The notes: generated from the sequence alone by a model not told the origin. Positions 1 to 9,539 are shown, numbered from the stretch's first letter. The stretch is 64,000 bases of DNA from a virus (IMGVR_UViG_3300037424_001167:3867-67866), one strand, 5' to 3'. Numbers and translations: made by a program.

Positions 1-246
1 GGAGCCAGGGGCAAGGACGTAGACCCATTTGATGTCATCTATCTCCTCTGGCAACTCAAACCCGTCCATTTCGCCTGGCACGAAAGGACGGATGAACGAA
101 CACATGTCAATCTCTTTAATGATGTATTTGTCCAGAGCAAATTGCTCTTTTGATCGCACAAGAGACTTCTGATAGTATTTATCCTTCTTTACAGGAATAA
201 TACCCAGAGCCGTCCTCGATTTGGCTTTAAATCTTCTCTTAATCAT
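1..246 (-). CDS. Hypothetical protein, truncated by the window start
   Basis: Manually translated open frame MIKRRFKAKSRTALGIIPVKK... with GGAAAGAGG RBS; runs off position 1. Confidence 0.6.
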   Translation of the reverse strand, partial: MIKRRFKAKSRTALGIIPVKKDKYYQKSLVRSKEQFALDKYIIKEIDMCSFIRPFVPGEMDGFELPEEIDDIKWVYVLAPGS

Positions 247-412
247 TCCTCTTTCCTCCCATCGCGTTCACAATTGCAGCAAGCGTTTCTACTTCTGCAA
301 TTGTGACCACTATATCCAGAAATACCGCTATTTTCTGGATATTCTCAGCATTCGGCTCTTTGCCACACGCCTCTAAGAGCTGAATGATCGCAATTAACTG
401 TTTGTATCTCAC
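239..412 (-). CDS. Small hypothetical protein (57 aa, GTG start)
   Basis: Manual translation MRYKQLIAIIQLLEACGKEPNAENIQKIAVFLD...; tightly coupled to both neighbours. Confidence 0.5.
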   Translation of the reverse strand: MRYKQLIAIIQLLEACGKEPNAENIQKIAVFLDIVVTIAEVETLAAIVNAMGGKRND

Positions 413-415
413 TTC

Positions 416-1129
416 CTATCCTTTCTTGCTAAAGCAGCATTTACACATAATACACTTTTCCGCATTACGGTCACGCTGTGAGCTGCATACCCGTGCAGGA
501 ATGACTTTCTCAGCCTCGTTAAGCGCCGTTCGAAACTGATAAATCCTGTCCAAGTAGGGTTGCACCATTTCCCGATTGAACTCGACACACCAACATTTCA
601 TCTCTTGCGTGTTCTTGTTCTCTACCAGTATAAGCCCAAATCGCAACTCTAGCAAGTGCATATACAGATTGCACTGTTTCCATGCCGCATCAGGAGGATC
701 ACTGTCCTCCTCTAGTTTGTCAAATGTCTCTTGCTTGTAGCCTTTGATCTCGACTACCATACGCTCACCAGCGTGCTCTACAATGGCATCGGGCGTGAAA
801 TGCAAAAGTCTTGTTTCGTCATAGTGAGACTTTTCTACCTCTACTACGCTTCCAAATTTTTGCATTAAATCCTGGTATTTCTCGTGAAGTACCCAGCCGT
901 TGAGAAAGATTTGGTTAGCCGTGGTCGACCAGGGCTTGATAGGAGGTCTTTCAGCTTGCTCTGGGTACTGTGCTGCAAGTATCAATGCTCGCAGGCAGTA
1001 GGCACTCTCTGGGGCCAATATAGCTGATGCGTGGGGCATGCCCGTGCGAAGGGGCTTGCTTGCCTCCCACTTATCGAACATCTCCTCGATGTCAAGCTTG
1101 AATAATTGAGCTACTGTTCGTGTGTTCAT
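416..1129 (-). CDS. Cas4-like PD-(D/E)XK exonuclease
   Basis: PD...VEIK and QCNLY nuclease motifs; one N-terminal Cys (AYCLR) plus C-terminal Cys cluster (C..CIMCKCC); start set at MNTRT after AAGGAG. Confidence 0.8.
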   Translation of the reverse strand: MNTRTVAQLFKLDIEEMFDKWEASKPLRTGMPHASAILAPESAYCLRALILAAQYPEQAERPPIKPWSTTANQIFLNGWVLHEKYQDLMQKFGSVVEVEKSHYDETRLLHFTPDAIVEHAGERMVVEIKGYKQETFDKLEEDSDPPDAAWKQCNLYMHLLELRFGLILVENKNTQEMKCWCVEFNREMVQPYLDRIYQFRTALNEAEKVIPARVCSSQRDRNAEKCIMCKCCFSKKG

Positions 1130-1143
1130 CCTTCTCCTTATGC

Positions 1144-1172
1144 GAAAAAGAGGCACCCGAAGATGCCTCTTA
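1144..1172 (-). terminator. Hairpin / probable intrinsic terminator between SSB and nuclease genes
   Basis: AAGAGGCA-cccgaaga-TGCCTCTT inverted repeat with an A run (U tract on the minus strand). Confidence 0.5.
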
Positions 1173-1187
1173 ACTAATTAGAACGCT

Positions 1188-1967
1188 TTAAAAATCTGCA
1201 ATGGAGTCAATGTCATCATGTGCATTTTTTACGCCTTGTACGATTGCAGTGTCAGATGTCCCCCTTGCACGGTAACCTTCAGAGACCACTTGAGGAGGAT
1301 AATTGTTAATACAGGATTGTTTTACCCACTCCTCAGTAACATCAAAATCAGGTTTTACGGTAAATGGACTTGGATTGCGCTTGGAAGGCTCATAGGAGGT
1401 ATCTGTGCCGCTCCCATGACGTTCAATCAAGAAATCACGATCTGCAATACTGTTACCAGCCTTGTACATGGCTTTAAATGTATCCGCAATTTTTGCAAAA
1501 CTTGACTCTTTGAACATGAGCTGCAATACGCGTACACCAGATACAAGCTTCTTTTCGCCTGTTTCCTTATTAGTGTATGTTAGATCTTCGAAAACGGGAT
1601 TATCGTTCTCATCAAGGACAGCCATGCCATCCTCAATTTTCTTGGTTTTGATGTTATACAACCACACTGGAAGCATGAACATCTGCTTAGCGGACATGTC
1701 CTTTTTTGCTTTTCTGTCCGACGCACGCAATGCATCTTCACATAATTGGCATTTTTTACCAATCACGCGGGCACAAGTAGACTCCACATAAAACTTGCCT
1801 TGGGGATTGTAGATCTTGTGGAACCAAACCTCGCAAGCACCGTCGAGGTTGAGGAGGGGCCGAATTGATGCCCTCTGGGTATCTCCCAGCCTGAAAAAGA
1901 ATGGAACTGTAGATCTTGCGCCTTCTACGCTCTGTTGGTCCATTAAATCAATTACGTTAAATGCCAT
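1188..1967 (-). CDS. Phage single-stranded DNA-binding protein (gp32-like)
   Basis: His/Cys cluster (H...C.....CQLC), aromatic-rich core, acidic C-terminal tail DDIDSIADF; sits next to an exonuclease. Confidence 0.7.
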   Translation of the reverse strand: MAFNVIDLMDQQSVEGARSTVPFFFRLGDTQRASIRPLLNLDGACEVWFHKIYNPQGKFYVESTCARVIGKKCQLCEDALRASDRKAKKDMSAKQMFMLPVWLYNIKTKKIEDGMAVLDENDNPVFEDLTYTNKETGEKKLVSGVRVLQLMFKESSFAKIADTFKAMYKAGNSIADRDFLIERHGSGTDTSYEPSKRNPSPFTVKPDFDVTEEWVKQSCINNYPPQVVSEGYRARGTSDTAIVQGVKNAHDDIDSIADF

Positions 1968-2073
1968 TGTGTAAAACCTTCTTTCATTCATGCCTACTCT
2001 TTGGTAGGACTTCTAAAATCATTGGGTGCGTACCGTCTCAGGAAATTTGCGTTACGCACTCTCAACTACAGAA

Positions 2074-2102
2074 AGAATACCACGCTTGTAGCAACTTGTC
2101 AA
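2074..2102 (-). promoter_or_regulatory. Sigma70-type promoter with GTTGCTA box
   Basis: Minus strand TTGACA-agttgctacaagcgtgg(17)-TATTCT. Confidence 0.75.
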
Positions 2103-2158
2103 CACTTAAATCAATGAGTTTTCAAGTTGCCATAAAACTGGTCATTTTTCATAGATTG

Positions 2159-2187
2159 TTGCAATGTTGCCATATATGTGCTATACT
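2159..2187 (+). promoter_or_regulatory. Sigma70-type promoter with GTTGCCA box, divergent from the SSB promoter
   Basis: TTGCAA-tgttgccatatatgtgc(17)-TATACT. Confidence 0.7.
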
Positions 2188-2231
2188 TGCTGTATCAAAC
2201 AAGCTCATTTGAGCAAAGAAGGAGAGAAACA

Positions 2232-2435
2232 ATGGCATCACAGATCAAGGAAATCAATGGAGAGCGCTATTTTAATATGGAAGCGTGCGCCGAATACTAC
2301 AAAATCAGTCCACAAGGATGGAGAAATCGGTGTCGGATACATCACATCCAGAAGTGGAAATTCGGGTCTAGCGGGCGATCTGTTTTCGTGAGGGAGTTGG
2401 ACTTATTGGCAATTGACAATCCAGTGGAAAAGTAA
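2232..2435 (+). CDS. Small HTH DNA-binding protein (excisionase/MerR-like)
   Basis: RYFNMEACAEYYKISPQGWR winged-HTH-like pattern; AAGGAG RBS; paralog at 4566-4874. Confidence 0.6.
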   Translation: MASQIKEINGERYFNMEACAEYYKISPQGWRNRCRIHHIQKWKFGSSGRSVFVRELDLLAIDNPVEK

Positions 2436-2452
2436 AGAAAGGAGAAAGATAG

Positions 2453-4096
2453 ATGCTAGAATTGAGGCCGTATCAGGAAGAATGTGTTAATCGTGTTATT
2501 AATGCGTATAAAGCGTGTGAAAGTAAGTACGAAATAGCTGTAATGCCGACAGGCAGCGGCAAAACTGTATGCTTCAGCCACATAATACATCAACTGCAAA
2601 AAGAGCACAATATTAATGTGCTGATAATAGCGCATAGAGATGAATTATTGCAACAAGCATCGGACAAGTACCGGCTGATCAATCCCAGTGCCATCATAGG
2701 CAAGGTGGGAGCTGGTAGCTGTGAATATGGGGGTGAGGTTACGGTTGCCAGTATCCAAACAATATGCAGAGACAAGCATATTGAAAAGATGCAAAACATC
2801 GGGTATGGCCTCATTATAGTAGATGAGGCACATCACACTCAATCGCCATCGTACAAAAAGGTATTAGAGTCTCTACCAGACGCATTTGTTCTGGGGGTAA
2901 CGGCTACACCAGAGCGGCTAGACAAGAAGGATATACTGAGAGGCCGTAAACCTCTCTATGAGATTGATATCCAGACTATGGTAAAAAATGGCTACCTCTG
3001 CAACTTCAGGGCAATAGCTATCCAGACACACATCAATATCGACAACGTGCGCAAATCGATGGGTGACTTCAACGAAGTCGAGCTGGATAGGGCTGTGAAC
3101 GTACCAGAACGCAATCAGTTGATCGTATCTAAATATAAGGAATATGCCAGTGAGAAGCAAGCTGCATGCTTCTGCGTGTCCGTAGAGCATGCAGAGATGA
3201 TGTCCAGTGCATTCAATGAGTCAGGTATAGAGTCTGCTGTGATCAAAGGGTCAACTCCTCTAGAGGAGCGAGCCAGGATCTATGCAGCTTTTAAATCCGG
3301 TGATGTCAAAGTCCTCTGCTCTGTTATGGTGCTTACTGAAGGATGGGACTCTCCAGAGTGCGAATGTATCATTATGGCGCGGCCTACACAATCTAGAGGA
3401 TTATATATACAAATGTGTGGTCGAGGACTTCGTTTATCTCCTGGTAAGCAGGAGTGCTTAATGCTTGATATAACCGATAATTGCACAAAGCATAAGATGT
3501 ATCCTCAAAATCTTAAACGTGCAATTGGCATAGAAAATATGCGCAATGGGGAAGATATGCTGTCCCTCCTTGAGAGGGAAGAGAAGGAAGAAAAAGAAAT
3601 ACAGGTTCGTATTCTTAAAGAAAAGAGATTGAAGGATAAACCTGTAGACCTATTTGATAGATTTAATTGGAGTATAAATGAGCATGGAGTGCATGTTATG
3701 GAGGTAGGCCGAGCAAAGCATAAAATAGCGCTAATGCCTTCAAAAAGCAATCCAGAGCTTTATTACGTGGTAGCAAAACTTGCGCATGAAAACGGTGCAA
3801 GGCAGATGTGGGCAGACGAGCCTCTCCCTCTTCCCCTTGCAAGGGGAGAAGCGGAACGGGAAGCGTCCAAAATACTGGATGATCCGAATGAGAGCACCCA
3901 TCTCGTGGATCTTAACGCCGAATGGAGAAAGAGACCAGCATCAGAGGCGCAGCTGCAATTGATGTATTGGCAAGATATTCCTGTCCCAAGAGGTATAACG
4001 GCAGGGCAAGCGTCTAAGTTGATTGACGCTCATAAAGCTTCAGTCAAACTTGCCAAGCAGGCCCGCAAAGAAGCCAAGCAAGCAGTTGGAGCTTAA
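2453..4096 (+). CDS. SF2 DEAH-box helicase (RadD/IRC3-like)
   Basis: LRPYQ, PTGSGKT, DEAHH, TAT, LTEGWD, QMCGRGLR motifs. Confidence 0.9.
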   Translation: MLELRPYQEECVNRVINAYKACESKYEIAVMPTGSGKTVCFSHIIHQLQKEHNINVLIIAHRDELLQQASDKYRLINPSAIIGKVGAGSCEYGGEVTVASIQTICRDKHIEKMQNIGYGLIIVDEAHHTQSPSYKKVLESLPDAFVLGVTATPERLDKKDILRGRKPLYEIDIQTMVKNGYLCNFRAIAIQTHINIDNVRKSMGDFNEVELDRAVNVPERNQLIVSKYKEYASEKQAACFCVSVEHAEMMSSAFNESGIESAVIKGSTPLEERARIYAAFKSGDVKVLCSVMVLTEGWDSPECECIIMARPTQSRGLYIQMCGRGLRLSPGKQECLMLDITDNCTKHKMYPQNLKRAIGIENMRNGEDMLSLLEREEKEEKEIQVRILKEKRLKDKPVDLFDRFNWSINEHGVHVMEVGRAKHKIALMPSKSNPELYYVVAKLAHENGARQMWADEPLPLPLARGEAEREASKILDDPNESTHLVDLNAEWRKRPASEAQLQLMYWQDIPVPRGITAGQASKLIDAHKASVKLAKQARKEAKQAVGA

Positions 4097-4216
4097 TCCT
4101 GTCCAGTCGCGTATAGATAGTGTCCACATCATTGACACATGCCGTGGACACTATCTATACTTGGAATGGTTCCGCTTTTATTCTCCCCCCCCCTTTATTT
4201 TTGAAAGAGATCAAAG

Positions 4217-4588
4217 ATGACTCAAATAAAAGATACCGATACGTCCTCCATTTCAGCTCCGCATGTCCATTGCCGTGAATTCGAATATTCTTATGCATTC
4301 AAGCTGCATTCAGATCATTCGCTTACAATGGGCACCACAAGCGCCGATGGCATTCCATCGTTTTCAATTTCCATTGATGATCAATATCTCTTACACCCAT
4401 TACAAGAGATTAATTTCAACAAGGAACAATTCGCTGTATTTAGATACGCAATAAACAATATGCCTATTTCAGAGATAAACAAAGTGTACCCACTGGAAAG
4501 AGATTTTAATCTTTCCAGTGGGCAAATTGGTCATCTACGGCATATTGTTAATCATCCTGAAACGCTTAGGAGATTTCACATCCGTTAA
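4217..4588 (+). CDS. Hypothetical protein
   Basis: 123-aa ORF; no recognised motif. Confidence 0.5.
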   Translation: MTQIKDTDTSSISAPHVHCREFEYSYAFKLHSDHSLTMGTTSADGIPSFSISIDDQYLLHPLQEINFNKEQFAVFRYAINNMPISEINKVYPLERDFNLSSGQIGHLRHIVNHPETLRRFHIR

Positions 4589-4874
4589 GTTCAGGGGAGG
4601 CATTGTCCTCCTCAATTTTTTTGAGCTGATCCAAGCTTGTGATCTTAGTAGGTGCCATTCGCAATTGGTGCAGATCTTCCTCTAAAATGTATACAGCTTT
4701 AGGATCTGCATTAAACGTCCATAGGACGAGTTTTCCTCGCCTAACAAGAGAGTCTCTTAGTTTTCTCCATCCCATCGGGCTGTATCCTAAATCGGATGCC
4801 GCCTTGGTCATATTGAGGTACCGGATACCGTCAACAATCCGTACCCCTTTTTCTGGTTTTTCTGGCTTGTTCAT
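4566..4874 (-). CDS. Small HTH DNA-binding protein, paralog of 2232-2435
   Basis: DGIRYLNMTKAASDLGYSPMGWR; start set at MNKPEK after GGGAGG. Confidence 0.6.
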   Translation of the reverse strand: MNKPEKPEKGVRIVDGIRYLNMTKAASDLGYSPMGWRKLRDSLVRRGKLVLWTFNADPKAVYILEEDLHQLRMAPTKITSLDQLKKIEEDNASPELNGCEIS

Positions 4875-4935
4875 GATTGTCCTCCCCGTACTTTCGTTTG
4901 TGTTTTTACACGACAACATGTCGCAACACACAGTA

Positions 4936-4988
4936 ATTCTAACAAAAATATGGCAAGATTGCAACAAACTTTCGTCACAATCTTGCCA
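4936..4988 (-). promoter_or_regulatory. Promoter overlapped by an 11-bp inverted repeat
   Basis: Minus strand TTGCAA-17-TAGAAT; TGGCAAGATTG (4951-4961) and CAATCTTGCCA (4978-4988). Confidence 0.6.
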
Positions 4989-5004
4989 CGCAAATGTTAT
5001 TTGC

Positions 5005-5277
5005 TTACCAAATGTTAACGCTAGGTCGGGGCTTGGATGTCCAGTCACTGGGTGAGAGGCACCCCAGGCACATCCAACCTCCTGATAGAGACGCCCATAT
5101 CCAACGCCTTGTCTTGTCGTTTTTGCAAATGTAGCACTTGTGAGACGGTTTGGGGGATCTAGACGATGGTACTAGTCCCTTTGATTTGTACTCTTCCAGA
5201 ACGAATTGCCTCATTTCACCAGGAAGCTCGTGAAACGTGATAACACCGCCTTGCAAGGGGGATTGTGTTTTAATCAT
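5005..5277 (-). CDS. Small Cys-rich (2x CxxC) hypothetical protein
   Basis: CYIC and CLGC motifs; operon context. Confidence 0.5.
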   Translation of the reverse strand: MIKTQSPLQGGVITFHELPGEMRQFVLEEYKSKGLVPSSRSPKPSHKCYICKNDKTRRWIWASLSGGWMCLGCLSPSDWTSKPRPSVNIW

Positions 5278-5281
5278 CTTG

Positions 5282-5500
5282 TTATTCCTCCTCGTCTAGG
5301 TATTCCATTATGTCATGCATGTATACGTTATACCAATCGCCATCACTCCTTAGTTCATCAACTTCATATTCTGCTTGTGTTTCATCCAGTGTTATTGCGA
5401 ACTTGGCAGCTTCGTGCCAATTTCTAAACTCATGTACAACGTATCCAAGTGGTAAGTGAATGCTCCCAGGGTACATAATGCGATACTTTGTGTCTGGCAT
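5282..5500 (-). CDS. Hypothetical protein
   Basis: 72-aa ORF with GAAAGG RBS, coupled to neighbours. Confidence 0.6.
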   Translation of the reverse strand: MPDTKYRIMYPGSIHLPLGYVVHEFRNWHEAAKFAITLDETQAEYEVDELRSDGDWYNVYMHDIMEYLDEEE

Positions 5501-5504
5501 TGCT

Positions 5505-6308
5505 TTATCCTTTCATCTCTCTTGACATAATCATGCGTGGCATCCCATCGGGTAAATTACCGTTAAAGTACACGGGCATAATGATAGGAGTGTACCAAAG
5601 TTCCCAGAAGTTACTGCAATCTCCTGCATATACATTCGAATAATGTTTCACGACGTAACGTCCTCCTGAGCTGACCACATGTCCAATGTCCAAGACTTTT
5701 GATTTATCGTACGGATGTTCTGGATAGATCAGGCAATCTTTTAATTGTCCGCTTCTATCGCCATTCAGCCATCTTGCCAAGAACTGCCCGTAACTGATAT
5801 CAATTTTGGCTCGTTCATCTGGAGTCATGTTGCCAAGATTAATGTAGATCAATTTCATCAAAACAAAGGCAGAAACTGAAAAGTACCCAGGCCTTATCTC
5901 TTTCATATTAATCTGCCTGAGACGTTCAGCCTCTTCTGTCCAAACATGGAGCCTTGGTTTTTCCTGTTGAGCCTCCTTCACTAATCTAAAGTAGTCACGC
6001 AGCATTAACTTATATGCTGTCCATGCCTTAGCTGTGTCGATTGACTTAACATGCAGCATAACTCCAAACTCTGTCCAGAGGTAGAGTGATCGAATTTTAC
6101 TTAAATTTGCACCGGTCATATTGACCGACACAAAATCTTTAAGTTCTTTCCCTTCCAGGACAAAGTAGTCTTCTCCAATCTCATAATGTTCTTTGTTGCG
6201 GTTAAAGTTACGTGTAATGAGATCAGTCTCAGTTTCGAGAAATTCAGCAGATTGTGCTGTGGTCAAGACGCGCTTCCCGCGATACTCAACAATTCTTAAC
6301 TCTTTCAT
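5505..6308 (-). CDS. ORF6N-domain antirepressor-like DNA-binding protein
   Basis: N-terminal EYRGKRVLTTAQ.AEFLET...NFNRNK.HY..GEDYF.L.G.ELK.F pattern. Confidence 0.85.
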   Translation of the reverse strand: MKELRIVEYRGKRVLTTAQSAEFLETETDLITRNFNRNKEHYEIGEDYFVLEGKELKDFVSVNMTGANLSKIRSLYLWTEFGVMLHVKSIDTAKAWTAYKLMLRDYFRLVKEAQQEKPRLHVWTEEAERLRQINMKEIRPGYFSVSAFVLMKLIYINLGNMTPDERAKIDISYGQFLARWLNGDRSGQLKDCLIYPEHPYDKSKVLDIGHVVSSGGRYVVKHYSNVYAGDCSNFWELWYTPIIMPVYFNGNLPDGMPRMIMSREMKG

Positions 6309-6374
6309 ACGTGTACCTCTGTTGTGAATATCCGGTGAGTGGTGTACACTGGCACCGGATTGCGACGAACATTT

Positions 6375-6566
6375 TTAGTTTTCTGAGGGGGCTGTTACAA
6401 GCAGCTCCTTTTTTATTGCCAACTTGAGAGCAGCACTTACAAAACGGCTTCTATCTCCGTCCGGTAAGCTTTTGATGTAATCATAAACATCCCGGTCAAT
6501 AGAGTAGCTTACTCGCACTTTATCCTGTGAAGGTCTGCCTAGTTTTGGACTTTCCACTAAAATCAC
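6375..6566 (-). CDS. Ribbon-helix-helix (Arc/CopG-like) regulator
   Basis: GRP...KVRVSYSIDRDVYDYIKSL...RSRFVSAAL. Confidence 0.75.
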   Translation of the reverse strand: MILVESPKLGRPSQDKVRVSYSIDRDVYDYIKSLPDGDRSRFVSAALKLAIKKELLVTAPSEN

Positions 6567-6590
6567 CTCCTTCCTTTTTGTGTTATTAAT

Positions 6591-6619
6591 AGGATAGCAT
6601 ACTCATAGCAACTTGTCAA
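6591..6619 (-). promoter_or_regulatory. Promoter with GTTGCTA box
   Basis: Minus strand TTGACA-agttgctatgagtatgc(17)-TATCCT. Confidence 0.75.
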
Positions 6620-6722
6620 CAGAGAGCTATAAGTTGCCATAAAGAAAGAGGACTGCCCATACAATGGACAATCCCCTGATGATCTGTTATAGTTCTACTG
6701 GACAGCGACCTTAGTTTTCAAA

Positions 6723-6756
6723 AAAAGAGCTGATTCAGACGGCTCTTTTTTTTTTG
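6723..6756. terminator. Bidirectional intrinsic terminator
   Basis: A run-GAGC...GGCTC-T run downstream of the primase gene. Confidence 0.6.
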
Positions 6757-6758
6757 CC

Positions 6759-7907
6759 TCAGTCACCAGCATTAAAAGCCATGATGCCCGCTTCCACCCA
6801 CTCTCTTACTGTGTACCCCTCAGTCACCCAGGGAAAGAACTTCTTGTTGAGAATATCGTTGGGATCTTTGGCAATATTGGGGCTCCACCTCATACTATTT
6901 TTCATCTTAAGCCAGTAATCAGCTCCTTCATCCCCCGCGCCGCGATGATCATTTGCATCGCGTTTGTCATCAGGAATATGTATCAAGCGAAGAGGCGTGT
7001 CTTCATCAAATGCTTGAAGCATGAATGAGGCAAATGATAGATCAGACCACCATCTGCTCAGACGGGCCTGCGTGGTCGATCCTGTGGCCACGCAATTGAT
7101 TAGATCCCCCGCCTCTTGTTCTACAGAGAGAGCGCAAAAAACACTCTCTACCAGCATAACCGGCTTATCCATATCGATCGAAGACACATTGTAAAGCCCG
7201 TCTTTTGATCCCAGAACCTGGGTTTTCTTAGGTGTATCCCCAGGTCGCTCAAGTGAGAGCCTCCACAGCACGTCCCCTTCAAACCATGGAATGAGAATGC
7301 CATTGGGCACCCGTACGCACCCCTTGGCAATCTGATCGGCTGACAGCATGTCAGGGGTGAGTCCCCACGTCTCGAATGATGACTGGTAGAAGCGCCCGTC
7401 GGATTGCAGGGGAATGTACCCCAGTCGGTGTTTTTTAATTGCCTCATCCCTAAGCCCCCTGCCTCGCAAGTAATCCAGCATTGGGAGCCCTACAGGGCTC
7501 CACAGAGCTGCCTCTGCATGCTTGACCATGATACTGCCTGTCTCTTGCCACCTTGTAGGGGGTGGGCTCTCTTTGCCGTTCCTTTCCGCACGGGACGGGC
7601 TTGACGGGATAAAGTCAGCATTTTGTTCAAGCCCCAAGACTTCACGGGCTTCCGCATGTGTCATGTGCATATAATCCTTCAAGAAATCGATACCGTCCCC
7701 TGTCCGCCCACACCCAGAGGAGCGGATGGCGCATGAGAATTGGCCTGTCTCTGGCCTCGTGACAAAGCGATCGGTTCCTCCGCACCATGGACAGTTCGAA
7801 TGGTACTCGGTCACGCCACGAACATTGCAGGGACGACCTACACAGTCGATATTGGCGTAACGCTCAATGAGGCTCTTGATATCATATAACGCGCTAACTA
7901 CTGGCAT
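6759..7907 (-). CDS. DNA primase (zinc finger plus Toprim-like domain)
   Basis: YHSNCPWCGGTDRF...CAIRSSGC zinc finger, DGIDFL, YLRGRGL, MLVES, DED and KDPND motifs. Confidence 0.85.
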   Translation of the reverse strand: MPVVSALYDIKSLIERYANIDCVGRPCNVRGVTEYHSNCPWCGGTDRFVTRPETGQFSCAIRSSGCGRTGDGIDFLKDYMHMTHAEAREVLGLEQNADFIPSSPSRAERNGKESPPPTRWQETGSIMVKHAEAALWSPVGLPMLDYLRGRGLRDEAIKKHRLGYIPLQSDGRFYQSSFETWGLTPDMLSADQIAKGCVRVPNGILIPWFEGDVLWRLSLERPGDTPKKTQVLGSKDGLYNVSSIDMDKPVMLVESVFCALSVEQEAGDLINCVATGSTTQARLSRWWSDLSFASFMLQAFDEDTPLRLIHIPDDKRDANDHRGAGDEGADYWLKMKNSMRWSPNIAKDPNDILNKKFFPWVTEGYTVREWVEAGIMAFNAGD

Positions 7908-8115
7908 TGTTCTTTACCTTCTGACGTGCAATATTCACGCCTGTTATTTCGTCTGGATCTATTCCAATCTTCTCACAGACATTAAGAAAATTGCACTTAT
8001 TTACCTTGTATCCATTCTCCATACGGCTAATGCATCGTATGGAGAGCCTTAACACAGACGACAAATGCGCCTGTGTTATATTCTTCGCTTCTCTTGCCTC
8101 TTTTAAAGTCATCAC
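7894..8115 (-). CDS. XRE/Cro-like HTH regulator
   Basis: LKEAREAKNITQAHLSSVLRLSIRCISRMENG. Confidence 0.85.
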   Translation of the reverse strand: MMTLKEAREAKNITQAHLSSVLRLSIRCISRMENGYKVNKCNFLNVCEKIGIDPDEITGVNIARQKVKNNASS

Positions 8116-8139
8116 TGGTTTGAGCCCTTTCTTTACTCT

Positions 8140-8496
8140 TTACCTTACGGTTTGTCCATTCAATGTGAATGAGCAGTGCCATTTTGCACCTGTGCACCAC
8201 TCCCCTACCCTTTTGAACGTCCACCCTCTAGACAGCAGAAGATGGATTATGTGATAAACGGTCGTTCTATCCGTGCTCTGGAAATCGGGATCATCCCCAA
8301 GTTCCAGGCCGTCTAAACCGTTTCGTTCCATGATCGTCTGAGCCTTTTCGGCATCGCTTTGCCACTCAGACAGCTCCGCAAACAGCGCGTCAAATGAAGG
8401 CGGTGCTGTGACTGTCTTAAGGGCCATGCGGCGTGTGACTTCCTGGTCAACGCCTATGATGATCTGTGCGACTTCGGGTGTCATTTGGTTTGTCAT
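8140..8496 (-). CDS. Hypothetical protein
   Basis: Start set at MTNQMT after GAAAGGAC; own promoter at 8540-8568. Confidence 0.65.
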   Translation of the reverse strand: MTNQMTPEVAQIIIGVDQEVTRRMALKTVTAPPSFDALFAELSEWQSDAEKAQTIMERNGLDGLELGDDPDFQSTDRTTVYHIIHLLLSRGWTFKRVGEWCTGAKWHCSFTLNGQTVR

Positions 8497-8539
8497 TTTG
8501 GTTTGTCCTTTCGACTGATATTTTTTATTTCCTATAAGG

Positions 8540-8568
8540 ATTATACCATGCATATAGCAACAAGTCAA
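8540..8568 (-). promoter_or_regulatory. Promoter with GTTGCTA box
   Basis: Minus strand TTGACT-tgttgctatatgcatgg(17)-TATAAT. Confidence 0.8.
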
Positions 8569-8604
8569 CACTTAAATCAACATGTTGCAAAGTTGCTATG
8601 AAAA

Positions 8605-8635
8605 ATCCCCATTGCACGCACCTTGCAATGGGGAT
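8605..8635 (-). terminator. 12-bp hairpin, probable terminator
   Basis: ATCCCCATTGCA-cgcacct-TGCAATGGGGAT next to an A run. Confidence 0.6.
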
Positions 8636-8651
8636 AGGACGATTATGCCGC

Positions 8652-9338
8652 TTAAAAGAAAAATCTTGGTGCGGTCTGGTTGCCAATTGGGTTTTGCCTA
8701 CGGATGGTATTTCTGAGTGCCATATCATCACAAAGCTTATCCATCACGGTTATAAGCAAACGCTTTACCTCTAAAGACATACAGTTAATCTTTATTTCAC
8801 CTGCCGTGAGCTTTAGGCCTGTATACATAAGGCAGTCTTTAATTGCCTGTTCCGCTGGTGACAGCTGAGTCGACTCTGTGATTTGACGTTGTAAGACTGT
8901 GAACATGGTTCTTAGATCTGCTAGCTCTTGTGGCCTTGGCTTTGTTGTCTCATTTTCCATTGTGCTCACCACAAAGTATCCCTGAGCAGCAGCTATCTCA
9001 GGTTTTCGAGGATCTCCATTCATCGCCGTGAAGTAGCAAGCCAAACGAGAGAGATGGCAATCCTGAATATATTGTATTCCTCCTTTTCCACTTTTTATTG
9101 GGTTACTGACGCCAGTAAAGTGATCATCTGGATTGTGTCCATTATTTTTGCAAGAGATCTTACCTTTGTCGATGACCTCTTCAAAATTTTGCCACTTGGC
9201 GTATCCCAGTGGGGATTGCAGGTCTCTTGCGCTCCAGTATTCTTGACTGTTTTCATCCACCTTGCGAATAGCATCAAAAGGTGATGATTGGAAAGCGATT
9301 AAATTTGTGGTAAACTGATGGTTGTTATGGTTTGACAT
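8652..9338 (-). CDS. DinD/BRO-N-like phage antirepressor protein
   Basis: FDAIR..DE...EYWSARDLQ..LGY.KWQNF..VI.K...SC...LSR.ACY..AMNGDPRKPEIA.AQ.YF. Confidence 0.85.
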   Translation of the reverse strand: MSNHNNHQFTTNLIAFQSSPFDAIRKVDENSQEYWSARDLQSPLGYAKWQNFEEVIDKGKISCKNNGHNPDDHFTGVSNPIKSGKGGIQYIQDCHLSRLACYFTAMNGDPRKPEIAAAQGYFVVSTMENETTKPRPQELADLRTMFTVLQRQITESTQLSPAEQAIKDCLMYTGLKLTAGEIKINCMSLEVKRLLITVMDKLCDDMALRNTIRRQNPIGNQTAPRFFF

Positions 9339-9539
9339 TTATAACCTTTCCTGTAAGGAGTTGCTGTAAACAACTCCTTTTTCTTCTAGAAGCAATAGCT
9401 GCTCCTCAACTAACTGAACAACTTCTTTACTAAATGATCGGCCATGTTTGTTGGCTAGATCTTGGATTAATCTCCCTCGTTCTGGAGAAAAGCGAACAGA
9501 CAACTGATAGTATTCTTGCTTGGGTCCTTTCGTCCTCAT
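9339..9539 (-). CDS. Arc-like ribbon-helix-helix regulator
   Basis: QLSVRFSPERGRLIQDLANKHGRSFSKEVVQLV. Confidence 0.8.
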   Translation of the reverse strand: MRTKGPKQEYYQLSVRFSPERGRLIQDLANKHGRSFSKEVVQLVEEQLLLLEEKGVVYSNSLQERL

